Part shown: in pieces, positions 20,208-28,614 of the stretch
Layout of the letters: each line of letters opens with the position of its first letter
Position numbering within the stretch: the first letter of the stretch is position 1
IMG/VR virus record: IMGVR_UViG_3300032290_001420
Span: 1-36,550 of that record
Length of the DNA stretch: 36,550 nucleotides
DNA from: a virus
Lineage: Duplodnaviria > Caudoviricetes
Strand: one strand, 5' to 3'
Made by a program: the position numbers and the translations under genes
The notes under the pieces: generated by a model
Databases searched by the model: none
Told to the model about the DNA's origin: nothing
The model's input: only the letters and a program-made list of their open reading frames with translations

Positions 20208-20745
20208 ATTTTTGTTGATAATAATTAACCATTTCTTGCATTTCCTGATTCGTCAAAATCAAGTTAAGCCAACCTCTTTCTCGCCCCAATTCATGAACCT
20301 TTTCGATTAACTCCTGCATTTCCTCAAGAGTTGCATCAGCAAATGAAGCTGGGACTCGAAAATACTTTTGCAAACCTTCGACTAAAGATTTTATTTCTTT
20401 AATCGTGATATTTTTACCCTCTAATTCCTTTTCTCTCCTGATTCTCAATGCCTCCGCTAAAGCCTCGTCAGCATTAGCCAATCGAGTATAATTAATATTA
20501 TATTTTAGTCTTTCCTTAGCATTTTCATTGCTAACCTTAAACCCCAAGCTTTCCGACATATAATTCCCGTAAATCTCGCAAAGCTTATGTATTCCCTTAA
20601 GCTGATCGTAAGACTTAGATTTAACAAAAGGTTTAAATTCAACCTGAAATTCTTTGCCTTTTTGCATTAAATCCTTGGTATGCATATAAACCTTGTCGCC
20701 AAACTCCATTTTATCAGATTCGAGGGTAAAGATAAATTTAGTCAT
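20206..20745 (-). CDS. NinB/Orf-like recombination protein
   Basis: KSYDQ...IH.L and SFADATLEEMQELIE..HELG.ERG motifs; downstream of RecT/YqaJ; ATG 20745 has a GGAGGG SD. Confidence 0.6.
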   Translation of the reverse strand: MTKFIFTLESDKMEFGDKVYMHTKDLMQKGKEFQVEFKPFVKSKSYDQLKGIHKLCEIYGNYMSESLGFKVSNENAKERLKYNINYTRLANADEALAEALRIRREKELEGKNITIKEIKSLVEGLQKYFRVPASFADATLEEMQELIEKVHELGRERGWLNLILTNQEMQEMVNYYQQK

Positions 20746-20764
20746 ATATTTCCCCTCCAATTTG

Positions 20765-21784
20765 TTAATATTTAATTGTTAATTTCTTTACTGATTTTAC
20801 ATCTCCGACAGTCATTAATTTAGCTTTCTCAATTGCTTCATTAATACTTGTTTCGTCATGATAACTTTCATTGCTATATTTTGCCTCAATTTCAAATTGA
20901 TTAGATTTGAATCTTGCAAATTTATAATCTTTCATAGATTGCCTAACTTGTTCTTTAATTTCTTTATCAAGTTTTTCATACTCTTTCTTTGCTTCTTCAA
21001 GCTCTTTTAATCGTGCTAATTTAGCCGACAAATTGCTTTCAATAGGTAATTCAAGAGTTCCTTTCTCAAGTGCCAAAAACTCGTCAATTTGCTTATCTTT
21101 TTTAGTTTTATCAGCCTCGTCTTTATTAAATAAAGTGCCTTTCTCAAATTCAGCACTAAACCAAATTAAGCTTGCAGTTAATGCTCGAACCATTTTTGGG
21201 TCTAAGCCAACTTTAAAAGATTTTGAATCTAATATTTGATGCTCTTTATTAATTGTTTTAACTCCTGCAATATGAACTTCGCAAATTTCTTTTTCATGAA
21301 GCCATAATTGAGCTTGAGTTTGAATATAGTAATTAAAAGGTAAACCATCATTCTCAATTTTAAACCACTGGCTTATGTCAGTTGTTTTGCACTCAAGAAT
21401 TGAGTTGTTGCTTAAAATATAATCAATTGTTGCTCTAAACGGAAATTTACAATTTTTAATTATTTTATCTTTTGCTGTTTGAGATTCGGTGATTTCATCA
21501 TACGATCTGTTTAAATTAAAATAGTTGTCTTTTACCGCCTCTTCCATTTCTTTGCCTCGCGACATAGCTTTATTATTTGTAAACTCATTAAATCGTTTAA
21601 ATTGCTCTCTATTGAGCATTAATTTTTTACCAAGCGAATATCTTGTTTCAAGATAATTAGGCATTGCTTCTAGTTTTTGGCTTATTGTTTCGCTAATTAA
21701 ATTTTCAGCAAATAAGTTAGCCGAATATTCTTTTACGATGCCAGCAATTTCGCTGGCACCGATAATTTGAAATCTATCTTTCAT
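20765..21784 (-). CDS. YqaJ-like (lambda exonuclease family) exonuclease
   Basis: IGASEIAGI, RG.EME, RATIDY, LECKT and YYIQ.QAQL motifs; coupled to RecT. Confidence 0.85.
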   Translation of the reverse strand: MKDRFQIIGASEIAGIVKEYSANLFAENLISETISQKLEAMPNYLETRYSLGKKLMLNREQFKRFNEFTNNKAMSRGKEMEEAVKDNYFNLNRSYDEITESQTAKDKIIKNCKFPFRATIDYILSNNSILECKTTDISQWFKIENDGLPFNYYIQTQAQLWLHEKEICEVHIAGVKTINKEHQILDSKSFKVGLDPKMVRALTASLIWFSAEFEKGTLFNKDEADKTKKDKQIDEFLALEKGTLELPIESNLSAKLARLKELEEAKKEYEKLDKEIKEQVRQSMKDYKFARFKSNQFEIEAKYSNESYHDETSINEAIEKAKLMTVGDVKSVKKLTIKY

Positions 21785-22623
21785 TATTCACCCTCCTTAG
21801 CAACTCTAAATTCTTCTGTTTTTATAGCGTCAATTTCTTCTTGAGTCAATGTAGTTTCTTGTTCTTCAACAACCTCATTTTCAGCTTCAAAATCAACTTT
21901 TGGTAAATCATTAATAACTTTTGGTTCTGATTTAGTTTCTTGATTTAAACCAAAATTTTCATTATCTTTATTAACAAGATTATCTATCTGCTCATTGTTT
22001 AAGCCCGCAAATATTACTTTACAGCCTCTTCGGATAATAGCCACCTTTGCTTTTTCTTCAAACCAATCTTTCCAAATAAAATCTTGTTTGGCACTTTTCC
22101 TAATGTTGATAATTTCTGTTTTAGAAACTGTTTCAATTTTAGCAATTTTTCTATTACCAAGAGTAAAAGAAATATAACAATAACCGCCAATAATTTTATC
22201 TTGTCCAGCAAAAGGGTCTTTAATCGTGTGCGTGTATTCTTCAATATCACCATCCTTTCTAATTGAAAAAATATCACCTTCTTTTACAAGATTTACAACA
22301 ATATTTGCGTCAGGAAAAGCTCTTTTAATTGCAAAAATAAATCCGCGATAACCAACTTGTAAATTAACATTAGTTCCGTATTTAACCAAATGACAATGTT
22401 GCCTTGAATCAATTTCAAGTCCTAAATCTATCGCTTGCTTTACTGCGGTTAAAATTGAAAGAGGCGTGCAAATTGATAAATCTTTTTTTGGATCTGATTT
22501 GCTTTTAGTGATTTCAAGTAATACTGATTTAATATATTTATTAGCATCGCCATTATAAAATTGAGGTAATTTCTCCGATAATGTTGTTTCGATTTTTGAA
22601 ATTGTTGTTATTGCATTTTTCAT
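21784..22623 (-). CDS. recT: RecT family single-strand annealing protein
   Basis: CTPLSI, LGLE, LVKYG, QVGYRG, VKEGD.F and W..WFEE.AK..IIRR motifs. Confidence 0.9.
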   Translation of the reverse strand: MKNAITTISKIETTLSEKLPQFYNGDANKYIKSVLLEITKSKSDPKKDLSICTPLSILTAVKQAIDLGLEIDSRQHCHLVKYGTNVNLQVGYRGFIFAIKRAFPDANIVVNLVKEGDIFSIRKDGDIEEYTHTIKDPFAGQDKIIGGYCYISFTLGNRKIAKIETVSKTEIINIRKSAKQDFIWKDWFEEKAKVAIIRRGCKVIFAGLNNEQIDNLVNKDNENFGLNQETKSEPKVINDLPKVDFEAENEVVEEQETTLTQEEIDAIKTEEFRVAKEGE

Positions 22624-22676
22624 ATTTTTTTTTGTTAAGTTAATAATTAAGTTTGTTTTGTGGTGTTTTTTTTAAA

Positions 22677-23129
22677 TTATTCTGATTTTGATTCAAGATC
22701 CTTGACAAAAACATCGAGATATTTTTCACAATATTCTTTTTTACTCTTCAAAATTTTAATGTTTTCCTCTGTTTTTCTTATTTCTTCATCAAACCACTTC
22801 ATAATTTCTTCTTTTTTTGCCAATGGCGACCAGTCAATTGCTGGAACAATTTCATATTTTTCTGATGTCTTAGTATTAACTGAAGCGAATTTTAATTTTG
22901 GGTCGCTATAGCCAGTTTCTAAGTAGCAGACTTCAATGGTTGGAAGAGAAGGAAAATTTTCAAAACCAACAATTACTCCATGCCAAACTGTGTGGGCAGA
23001 ATATTCTTTAACTAAAATTTTGACTTTTGAGCCAATTTTTAAGTCTGTGTGGATTTGAGTTGCATGTCGCAAGTCTATTTCCATTTTTACACCATTAATT
23101 TCGATGGTGTGTTTTGTATTTTCTGTCAT
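22677..23129 (-). CDS. Hypothetical phage protein (possible SH3/Tudor-like barrel plus coiled coil)
   Basis: LKIGSKVKILVK...GVIVGF pattern; first gene behind the promoter at 23187-23215. Confidence 0.65.
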   Translation of the reverse strand: MTENTKHTIEINGVKMEIDLRHATQIHTDLKIGSKVKILVKEYSAHTVWHGVIVGFENFPSLPTIEVCYLETGYSDPKLKFASVNTKTSEKYEIVPAIDWSPLAKKEEIMKWFDEEIRKTEENIKILKSKKEYCEKYLDVFVKDLESKSE

Positions 23130-23186
23130 ATATTTTTTAAGTTAAGTTAATATTTTTAAAAAGGTTTTTATGTGGTGCTTGCAATC

Positions 23187-23215
23187 ATGATATTACTAGC
23201 TTAATTAATAGTCAA
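23187..23215 (-). promoter_or_regulatory. Sigma70-like promoter for the recombination operon
   Basis: TTGACT-17 nt-TATCAT on the - strand, intergenic. Confidence 0.7.
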
Positions 23216-23235
23216 GAATTATTTTTAAAAATCTT

Positions 23236-23568
23236 TTATGTATTAAAATCGGGTTTATCATTATAAGCCCATTTTTTAATTAAATTATAATTATTTTGCA
23301 TTTGCGAAGCTACTTGAATTCCTAAACAGTCTTTAAAAAGATAATCTACTTGATCTTGATTCTTTCCATCAAATAAATCTTCTAAACTAATTTCTTCATC
23401 AAGCTCCGTATCTTTAATAATTATTTCATATTGATACCCCTTTAAAAGAGTATAAATTCTTGATAACTTTTCATAATCATCAGATAAAGGCTTTATCTTA
23501 TCCATGTTTCTATCTTCTACATGTAAATATCCTTCCGCATCTATTCTTTGTAAATCTTTTTTAGCCAT
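23236..23568 (-). CDS. Hypothetical protein
   Basis: ORF in the operon, starting just after the upstream stop. Confidence 0.65.
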   Translation of the reverse strand: MAKKDLQRIDAEGYLHVEDRNMDKIKPLSDDYEKLSRIYTLLKGYQYEIIIKDTELDEEISLEDLFDGKNQDQVDYLFKDCLGIQVASQMQNNYNLIKKWAYNDKPDFNT

Positions 23569-23569
23569 T

Positions 23570-23872
23570 TTACTTTACCCCCAAAATTTCGTTCATTTTA
23601 TCCGACAAAACACTTTTAGTTTCATCAGCCCATTTATAACACAAAATCACTGTCCCTTTTTTCTTTTTACCTTTACCCCTAAAATAATAATCATGGTAAT
23701 TGTGCCTAGCTTTATCATCAACCGCATTTGCTACCTCAATTGCGTCAATTATAGCTCTCAAATTTTCGGGCTTAATATCAAGCTTTAAAGCTAATTGATT
23801 TATGTTTTTTGCTTCAACAAAACCTTTTGTCTTGATTGAAGCTAAAATATAGGCTGTTTTGGTTTCTTTCAT
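23570..23872 (-). CDS. Hypothetical protein, possible HTH
   Basis: NINQLALKLDIKPENLRAII is HTH-like; TTAACTT motif upstream. Confidence 0.55.
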   Translation of the reverse strand: MKETKTAYILASIKTKGFVEAKNINQLALKLDIKPENLRAIIDAIEVANAVDDKARHNYHDYYFRGKGKKKKGTVILCYKWADETKSVLSDKMNEILGVK

Positions 23873-23875
23873 TTG

Positions 23876-24031
23876 TTAAAAGTTAATATTAATAATTTTG
23901 CCGTCCGTTTTTTCCGATTTTTCAGAAAAAAGCTTTGGCTCTTTGCTAGTTCCGACAATATCTTTCTCAATTTTAGCTAAAAGTAATCGATTTGATATTT
24001 TTATTATAACATTTTCAGCGGTATCGTTCAT
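23876..24031 (-). CDS. 51-aa hypothetical protein (below cutoff)
   Basis: Hand translation MNDTAENV...KIININF; TAATG-coupled to the HicB-like gene; fills the gap exactly. Confidence 0.55.
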   Translation of the reverse strand: MNDTAENVIIKISNRLLLAKIEKDIVGTSKEPKLFSEKSEKTDGKIININF

Positions 24032-24330
24032 TATTTTATGAATATAGGTTGATATTTAAAAACATTATCAGGATATTCTTTTTTAACCTGCTCCAATGTC
24101 TTAGGCTCAGGCAATTCCTCATCATATTCACGAATAAAGCTCACATGAAACTCTAACGCTTCATGTGCCATTTCTATTGCGTCCTTAAGGTCTTTACCTA
24201 CACTTACGCAACCGTCAAAGTCGGGGAATACTACGCCAAAATTTTTGTCAATTACTGCTATATATTTTTTTATTTCGAGTCTTTTTGTAATGTCTTCTAT
24301 TTTTTTTTCTAAAATTTCTAATTCGTTCAT
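24031..24330 (-). CDS. hicB: HicB-like antitoxin domain protein
   Basis: YIAVI..FGVVFPDFDGCVSVG.DL.DAIEMAHEAL.FH......EELPEP matches the HicB signature. Confidence 0.85.
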   Translation of the reverse strand: MNELEILEKKIEDITKRLEIKKYIAVIDKNFGVVFPDFDGCVSVGKDLKDAIEMAHEALEFHVSFIREYDEELPEPKTLEQVKKEYPDNVFKYQPIFIK

Positions 24331-24334
24331 ATAT

Positions 24335-24712
24335 TTAAAATTTAATTAAGTTTTTTTCAAAAAGCAAAATAATGAATCGCCCTACAGTGTCGGCTAGTGA
24401 TTCATTTTTTTCAGATTCCATTTGACCATGGATATAATTTTCAGAAAGAAAAATATAATCATTCTCATCTAAATAATAAATCCAGTTTGAAACGCCAAAA
24501 CATATTTCTAAAGTAAACTCCTTACCGTGTTTATTAGTCATTTTTTTAGGCAAAACATCAAGCAAAGTCTCTAAATCGTAAGCTCTAAATCCATCAAGGT
24601 GTGTTTCAAATGGACAGCAACAATCCTTAGAAGTCCAAACCCAAAATGCTTGCCTTGAGAACCCAATCTCAGCAAGCTTTTTTGATATTTCGTAATTCGT
24701 TGTTTTAGTCAT
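24335..24712 (-). CDS. Hypothetical protein
   Basis: Start moved to ATG 24712 (MTKTT), which has a GGAGGGG SD inside the upstream gene end. Confidence 0.65.
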   Translation of the reverse strand: MTKTTNYEISKKLAEIGFSRQAFWVWTSKDCCCPFETHLDGFRAYDLETLLDVLPKKMTNKHGKEFTLEICFGVSNWIYYLDENDYIFLSENYIHGQMESEKNESLADTVGRFIILLFEKNLIKF

Positions 24713-25037
24713 TTTCCCCTCCCAATAATTCATAAATAGCCCTTTGCGTCTCTTCCGATTGCTCTTCGAGTGTTGGTTTGGTTAAGTCCCAAGATAAATT
24801 TTTAATATCAAATTCCAAAGAACAATCATTTTCTTCACCAAACCAAATGTCGCGAGTATAGCCACACTGCCTGATAGCAATTAAGACTCTATCAAGCGTA
24901 AGGTCTTTGCCCATTAATTCTTCCAATCGATTTCCTCCATATTTAAAATATTCTTTATCCAAAGCCTCTTCATAATTCTCAGTCCCATTAACCGCACAAA
25001 TAATTTTCCTGCGATTAAATTCTTGGATTTCTGTCAT
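24705..25037 (-). CDS. Hypothetical protein
   Basis: Start moved to ATG 25037 (MTEIQE) with a GAGGGGAG SD; WDLTKPTLEEQSEET motif. Confidence 0.65.
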   Translation of the reverse strand: MTEIQEFNRRKIICAVNGTENYEEALDKEYFKYGGNRLEELMGKDLTLDRVLIAIRQCGYTRDIWFGEENDCSLEFDIKNLSWDLTKPTLEEQSEETQRAIYELLGGEND

Positions 25038-25038
25038 A

Positions 25039-25605
25039 CTATCTCCCCTCATTCATTTCCCAAAGCCTTTCCGCTCTTGTAGCTTCTTTCTCGCTTTCTG
25101 TTTGGTTTTCCGCCCAGTATTCATCAAGCTTATCTTGAATTGCTTGGTTGATTTTTATCGTTTGTCTTTTCGATAAATAAACTTCGTATTTACTTATGTA
25201 AAGAAAAATATTTTCGCTCGGGTAGTGTTTTTTTTCATGAAATTTGCGAATATTAAAAGTAATGTTAATTAATTTATTAATCGCTGTTTGTAAATCACCT
25301 TCTGCCCCTTTAACAACAACTTGATAAGATTCACTATTTAAAACAATTTCTTCCGCATCTTTAGTTAAAAGTTTAATTAATCTTTCCTGTAAAAAATCAG
25401 TGATTCTTTGATTTTGACTTGGTTTAAATCCTCTTAATTCGCTCGCATCTTCGCCATGGATTGTCTTTTCAATGTAGCGAGCATAGGCGACATAAGGAAT
25501 ATTAGGATTGCTATTGTTTAAAGATAACCTAACAAAACATTCATCGAAAATGTCGTTAGCATATTTCTCAAATTCTTCTCTTGTTTTAAAAATTTTAATG
25601 TTCAT
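25039..25605 (-). CDS. Hypothetical protein
   Basis: 188 aa; TTAACTT motif upstream. Confidence 0.65.
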   Translation of the reverse strand: MNIKIFKTREEFEKYANDIFDECFVRLSLNNSNPNIPYVAYARYIEKTIHGEDASELRGFKPSQNQRITDFLQERLIKLLTKDAEEIVLNSESYQVVVKGAEGDLQTAINKLINITFNIRKFHEKKHYPSENIFLYISKYEVYLSKRQTIKINQAIQDKLDEYWAENQTESEKEATRAERLWEMNEGR

Positions 25606-25630
25606 ATTTTTTTTGTTTTAAGTTAATATT

Positions 25631-25716
25631 GTGCGGTCTTTCCCAGCTGTATAGCCGTTTTTGACTGGTGCGAATTTTACTTCGTTCAAAAACCACTTGC
25701 GAGAATGACTCGCCGA
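25631..25716 (-). ncRNA. Candidate structured RNA element (unassigned)
   Basis: GCGAG-TCATT-CTCGC hairpin; GTTTTTGA/TCAAAAAC stem enclosing CGAA-GTAAAA-TTCG; terminal ACAGCTGGGAAAGACCGC. Confidence 0.45.
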
Positions 25717-25719
25717 ATA

Positions 25720-25916
25720 AGTATTTATAAAGTGGCACATTTTTTACTAAAATATGAATTGCAATTCAATATTTTTTCATTTTGTTAAGTTCCGCATACC
25801 GTATGACAATCTAGGTTAGTATGCCTCCCTAATTCACTAAAGTTTCTTAGAAAGTAGATTGCGCGTCTCCGACGCACCCCCAATACTATTATAGCTGTGC
25901 CACCATTTAAATATTC
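25720..25916 (-). ncRNA. Candidate ~190-nt structured RNA downstream of the tRNAs (unassigned)
   Basis: Closing stem GTGGCACA/TGTGCCAC, several internal helices and a potential GCATAC/GTATGC pseudoknot. Confidence 0.55.
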
Positions 25917-25923
25917 ACGATTT

Positions 25924-25999
25924 TGGTTGGTAGAGAGGGATTTGAACCCCCGACACGCGGATTATGATCCCGCTGCTCTACCAACTGAGCTACCTACCA
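25924..25999 (-). tRNA. tRNA(CAU), probably elongator Met
   Basis: 76 nt; acceptor TGGTAGG/TCTACCA; D-arm GCTC/GAGC; anticodon arm GCGGG-ATCATAA-TCCGC; TTCAAAT T-loop; encoded CCA. Confidence 0.93.
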
Positions 26000-26000
26000 A

Positions 26001-26076
26001 TGGTATCAGATAATGGATTTGAACCACCGACCCAAACATTATGAGTGTTTTGCTCTAACCGCTGAGCTAATCTGAT
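26001..26076 (-). tRNA. tRNA(CAU), Ile2 (lysidine) or Met
   Basis: 76 nt; acceptor ATCAGAT/ATCTGAT; anticodon arm AAACA-CTCATAA-TGTTT; TTCAAAT T-loop; encoded CCA. Confidence 0.93.
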
Positions 26077-26124
26077 ATTTACGATTTATATTTTTAAAAG
26101 TTTTTTTATCAACCTTCGCAACCT

Positions 26125-26153
26125 ATATTATACAAGGCTTTTTATTATGTCAA
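26125..26153 (-). promoter_or_regulatory. Sigma70-like promoter for the tRNA/ncRNA cluster
   Basis: TTGACA followed by TATAAT (15-nt spacer) or TAATAT (17-nt spacer). Confidence 0.7.
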
Positions 26154-26172
26154 GCATTATTTTTAAAAATGA

Positions 26173-26847
26173 TTAAAATAAATTTCCTTGCCTTAATTCT
26201 TCTTCAATTCTTTTACACATTTTATCAAAATATTCATTGTCAAGCTCGCAACCAATTAATCGTCTTTTTGTTCTAATGCAAGCAATTGCGGTTGTTCCCG
26301 AGCCTAAAAAACCATCAAAAATTAAATCATTTTCTTGGCTATAATTATTTAAACACCAGTTCATTAAAGCCACTGGTTTTTGAGTGGGGTGAAATCTTGT
26401 GCTGTCTTGCGGTGCGTATTCAAACAATTTCGCATTTTTATTAAAACTAGTCCAAGCATATTCCGCCATTGCCATTGAAAAATTTTCGCTAATTGTTAAT
26501 TTTTTCCAAATTAAAAAACATCTAGTTGGGGGTAAAGAAAAGTAATTTCCACCCCAAATAATTTGCTCTTTTGAAATTCTAAAAATTTCATCAAAAATTT
26601 CTTGCTCTGGTGCAATGTCCCAGTGTTTTACTTTACTTTCATATTTATTAGCCCAAGTCCCGCCAGTTCTTGTTGCTTTTATTTCATATTTTTCAAATAC
26701 TCCACCAACGCCCGCATTACATCCCCCTCCATAAGGCGGATCAGTCAAAACCAAATCAATTTCTTTGTCTTTTAAATCTTGCATAACATCGAGACAATCG
26801 CCATTAAACAAAACTATTCGCCCGTTTAAAAATTCTTGTTTATTCAT
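26173..26847 (-). CDS. DNA methyltransferase (N6-adenine/N4-cytosine, beta class)
   Basis: GDCL, LTDPPYG, HPTQKP, DGFLGSGTT and GCELD motifs. Confidence 0.93.
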   Translation of the reverse strand: MNKQEFLNGRIVLFNGDCLDVMQDLKDKEIDLVLTDPPYGGGCNAGVGGVFEKYEIKATRTGGTWANKYESKVKHWDIAPEQEIFDEIFRISKEQIIWGGNYFSLPPTRCFLIWKKLTISENFSMAMAEYAWTSFNKNAKLFEYAPQDSTRFHPTQKPVALMNWCLNNYSQENDLIFDGFLGSGTTAIACIRTKRRLIGCELDNEYFDKMCKRIEEELRQGNLF

Positions 26848-27061
26848 TTTTTTTAAAAATAATTATATTTTTTATTTCAAGCTCAAAGTTATTGAAAAAA
26901 TCTTTAACTTCTCTTTCCAAAATAACCCCACAAGACCTTATTTTTTCAGTTGTTATATCGTCATGTTCTACAGTAAAATCTATTAAGTCCTCCTCAAGTT
27001 TAATAAGTTTTTTAATTTTAATTATTTGCTCAATATTTTGTTGGCTAAGTTTTATTTCCAT
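26840..27061 (-). CDS. Hypothetical protein
   Basis: Overlaps both neighbours in the operon. Confidence 0.55.
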   Translation of the reverse strand: MEIKLSQQNIEQIIKIKKLIKLEEDLIDFTVEHDDITTEKIRSCGVILEREVKDFFNNFELEIKNIIIFKKNE

Positions 27062-27387
27062 GATTTTAAATATTTGTTTTTAGCCATTTTATATAAAAAC
27101 TTTGCCTGCCAGTTCCAAAGATCAAATTTACATTCATCTTTTAAAACTTCATAACTTATAGAATCCTCCCAAACTATTTTACAAAAAATAATTTTACCAA
27201 AAAATTTATCATTAAAATAATAAGAATAAAAAATCTTTAATTCCCCCTTGTCTTTGATTCCGCATTTATTTCTTTTAATCAAAATTAATAACACTATAAA
27301 ATTAAATATTTTTCTCATGTTACTAATGCCCCTACTATTACAATTAAACATGGTAAAATTACAATTACTAATTCCATATATTTTCAT
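27052..27387 (-). CDS. Hypothetical protein
   Basis: Overlap-coupled ORF; start uncertain. Confidence 0.5.
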   Translation of the reverse strand: MKIYGISNCNFTMFNCNSRGISNMRKIFNFIVLLILIKRNKCGIKDKGELKIFYSYYFNDKFFGKIIFCKIVWEDSISYEVLKDECKFDLWNWQAKFLYKMAKNKYLKSWK

Positions 27388-27713
27388 TTTAAGTTAATAA
27401 CATTTACTAATTCTAATTGTGATTTCGGAATTACTTCGTCAATCCACTGATTCTTAATAATACAGCTATCCGCACTTGAGAGAATAATCTTTGCTTGCGA
27501 ATAGCCTTTTAATGCCTCTGCCTTATCAACTCCTCTTATATTTTCTTTTTCAAGAAAATTATCGAGTATAATAAAGCTAAAAATATTATTTTTAAGCTCA
27601 ATAATTGCATCAACAAAATTATCAACGCAAGTTAAATTAACTTTTAATATTTTAGCTTGATGTTTTAACAACATTGTTAAAATTTCGGAATCCTCAATTA
27701 ATAGAATTTTCAA
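27384..27713 (-). CDS. Stand-alone response-regulator receiver (CheY-like) protein
   Basis: KILLIEDS, FIILDN (phospho-Asp), IILSSA (Ser/Thr) and VIPK (Lys); 109 aa; TTG start. Confidence 0.8.
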   Translation of the reverse strand: MKILLIEDSEILTMLLKHQAKILKVNLTCVDNFVDAIIELKNNIFSFIILDNFLEKENIRGVDKAEALKGYSQAKIILSSADSCIIKNQWIDEVIPKSQLELVNVINLK

Positions 27714-27913
27714 GCTTCTCCTTCACATAAAATAAACCTACCGTTACCGTAAGTCCTACCATTGAACATAGGGTCGTCGCCTAAGGGGTCTTTTTCGTCT
27801 ACTTCAAAACGACCATCTTCAAAACAATTAATCCACTTTCCATAATATCCAAAATCCTCACCAAGTTTAAGGCGTTTGCCCGTCTTTGGTTCGACTAAAT
27901 GTAGTTTTATCAT
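27710..27913 (-). CDS. Hypothetical protein
   Basis: 67 aa; TTAACTT motif upstream. Confidence 0.6.
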   Translation of the reverse strand: MIKLHLVEPKTGKRLKLGEDFGYYGKWINCFEDGRFEVDEKDPLGDDPMFNGRTYGNGRFILCEGEA

Positions 27914-27934
27914 ATATTTTAATTTAAGTTAATA

Positions 27935-28393
27935 TTATTTTTTTACCCACTCAGTTTTTACAATTTCTTTTGGGATTACTTCTCCCTCAAATTCAGCTTT
28001 GGAATAATAATAGTTTCCAGAAAATTCCGTTGAAAATCTATAAAACTTCCCAGTTGGAATATGCTTCATTATTTGGATTTCATAAACATATTTCGGATTG
28101 ATATCTGCATCTCTTTCAGATTTTACCAATTTAAGTTCATCAAAATCGTCAGGGGTTTTAGCTTCTGTAATCTCTCTTACAATTTCTTCAATTGTTTTTG
28201 GCTTTTTAAACATATCAATCAATATGTCATTATTTATTACAATCCCAATTTTATAAAGCAGGTTTTCGACATCATCGTTTACCCGATAATCTATTTCTTC
28301 TGTATAATAATTATCAACATTTGTTTTTTCGTAATTTTTATCTGAAAAATCATTAATTAAATTTTCTATTTCTTTTTTCATAGTTTCGGTCAT
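27935..28393 (-). CDS. Hypothetical protein
   Basis: 152 aa, acidic; TTAACTT motif upstream. Confidence 0.65.
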   Translation of the reverse strand: MTETMKKEIENLINDFSDKNYEKTNVDNYYTEEIDYRVNDDVENLLYKIGIVINNDILIDMFKKPKTIEEIVREITEAKTPDDFDELKLVKSERDADINPKYVYEIQIMKHIPTGKFYRFSTEFSGNYYYSKAEFEGEVIPKEIVKTEWVKK

Positions 28394-28398
28394 ATTTT

Positions 28399-28614
28399 TT
28401 ATTTTTTAAAGTTAATAATAAACTCATCTAGGTTAAAAGATGAATTTTGTTTTATAATTTCGTCGATTTTCTTAAAATTACCCGCCGATATTAAAGCTTC
28501 ATATTGCTCAACGCTGTCGAAGTATTTTAAAAAAATATCTCTGTTATGATGGTAAAGTTTCGCTTTACTTGCATTTTCAATAGTATTTGCAAGTATGTGT
28601 TTAATATGAATCAT
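28399..28614 (-). CDS. Hypothetical protein
   Basis: Start moved to ATG 28614 (MIHIKH), with a GGGAGG SD at the end of the DnaB gene. Confidence 0.6.
   Translation of the reverse strand: MIHIKHILANTIENASKAKLYHHNRDIFLKYFDSVEQYEALISAGNFKKIDEIIKQNSSFNLDEFIINFKK

Noticed and set aside
23876-24031. HicA toxin partner for the HicB-like gene
   Set aside because: Lacks the GSH and HP motifs and has no histidine.
25861-25881. tmRNA, suggested by GGGGGTG on the - strand
   Set aside because: No matching T-arm or CCACCA end, no tag reading frame, and too short.
25924-26076. tRNAs as a host attachment site or prophage boundary
   Set aside because: Phage genes lie on both sides, and I saw no integrase and no duplicated tRNA 3' end.
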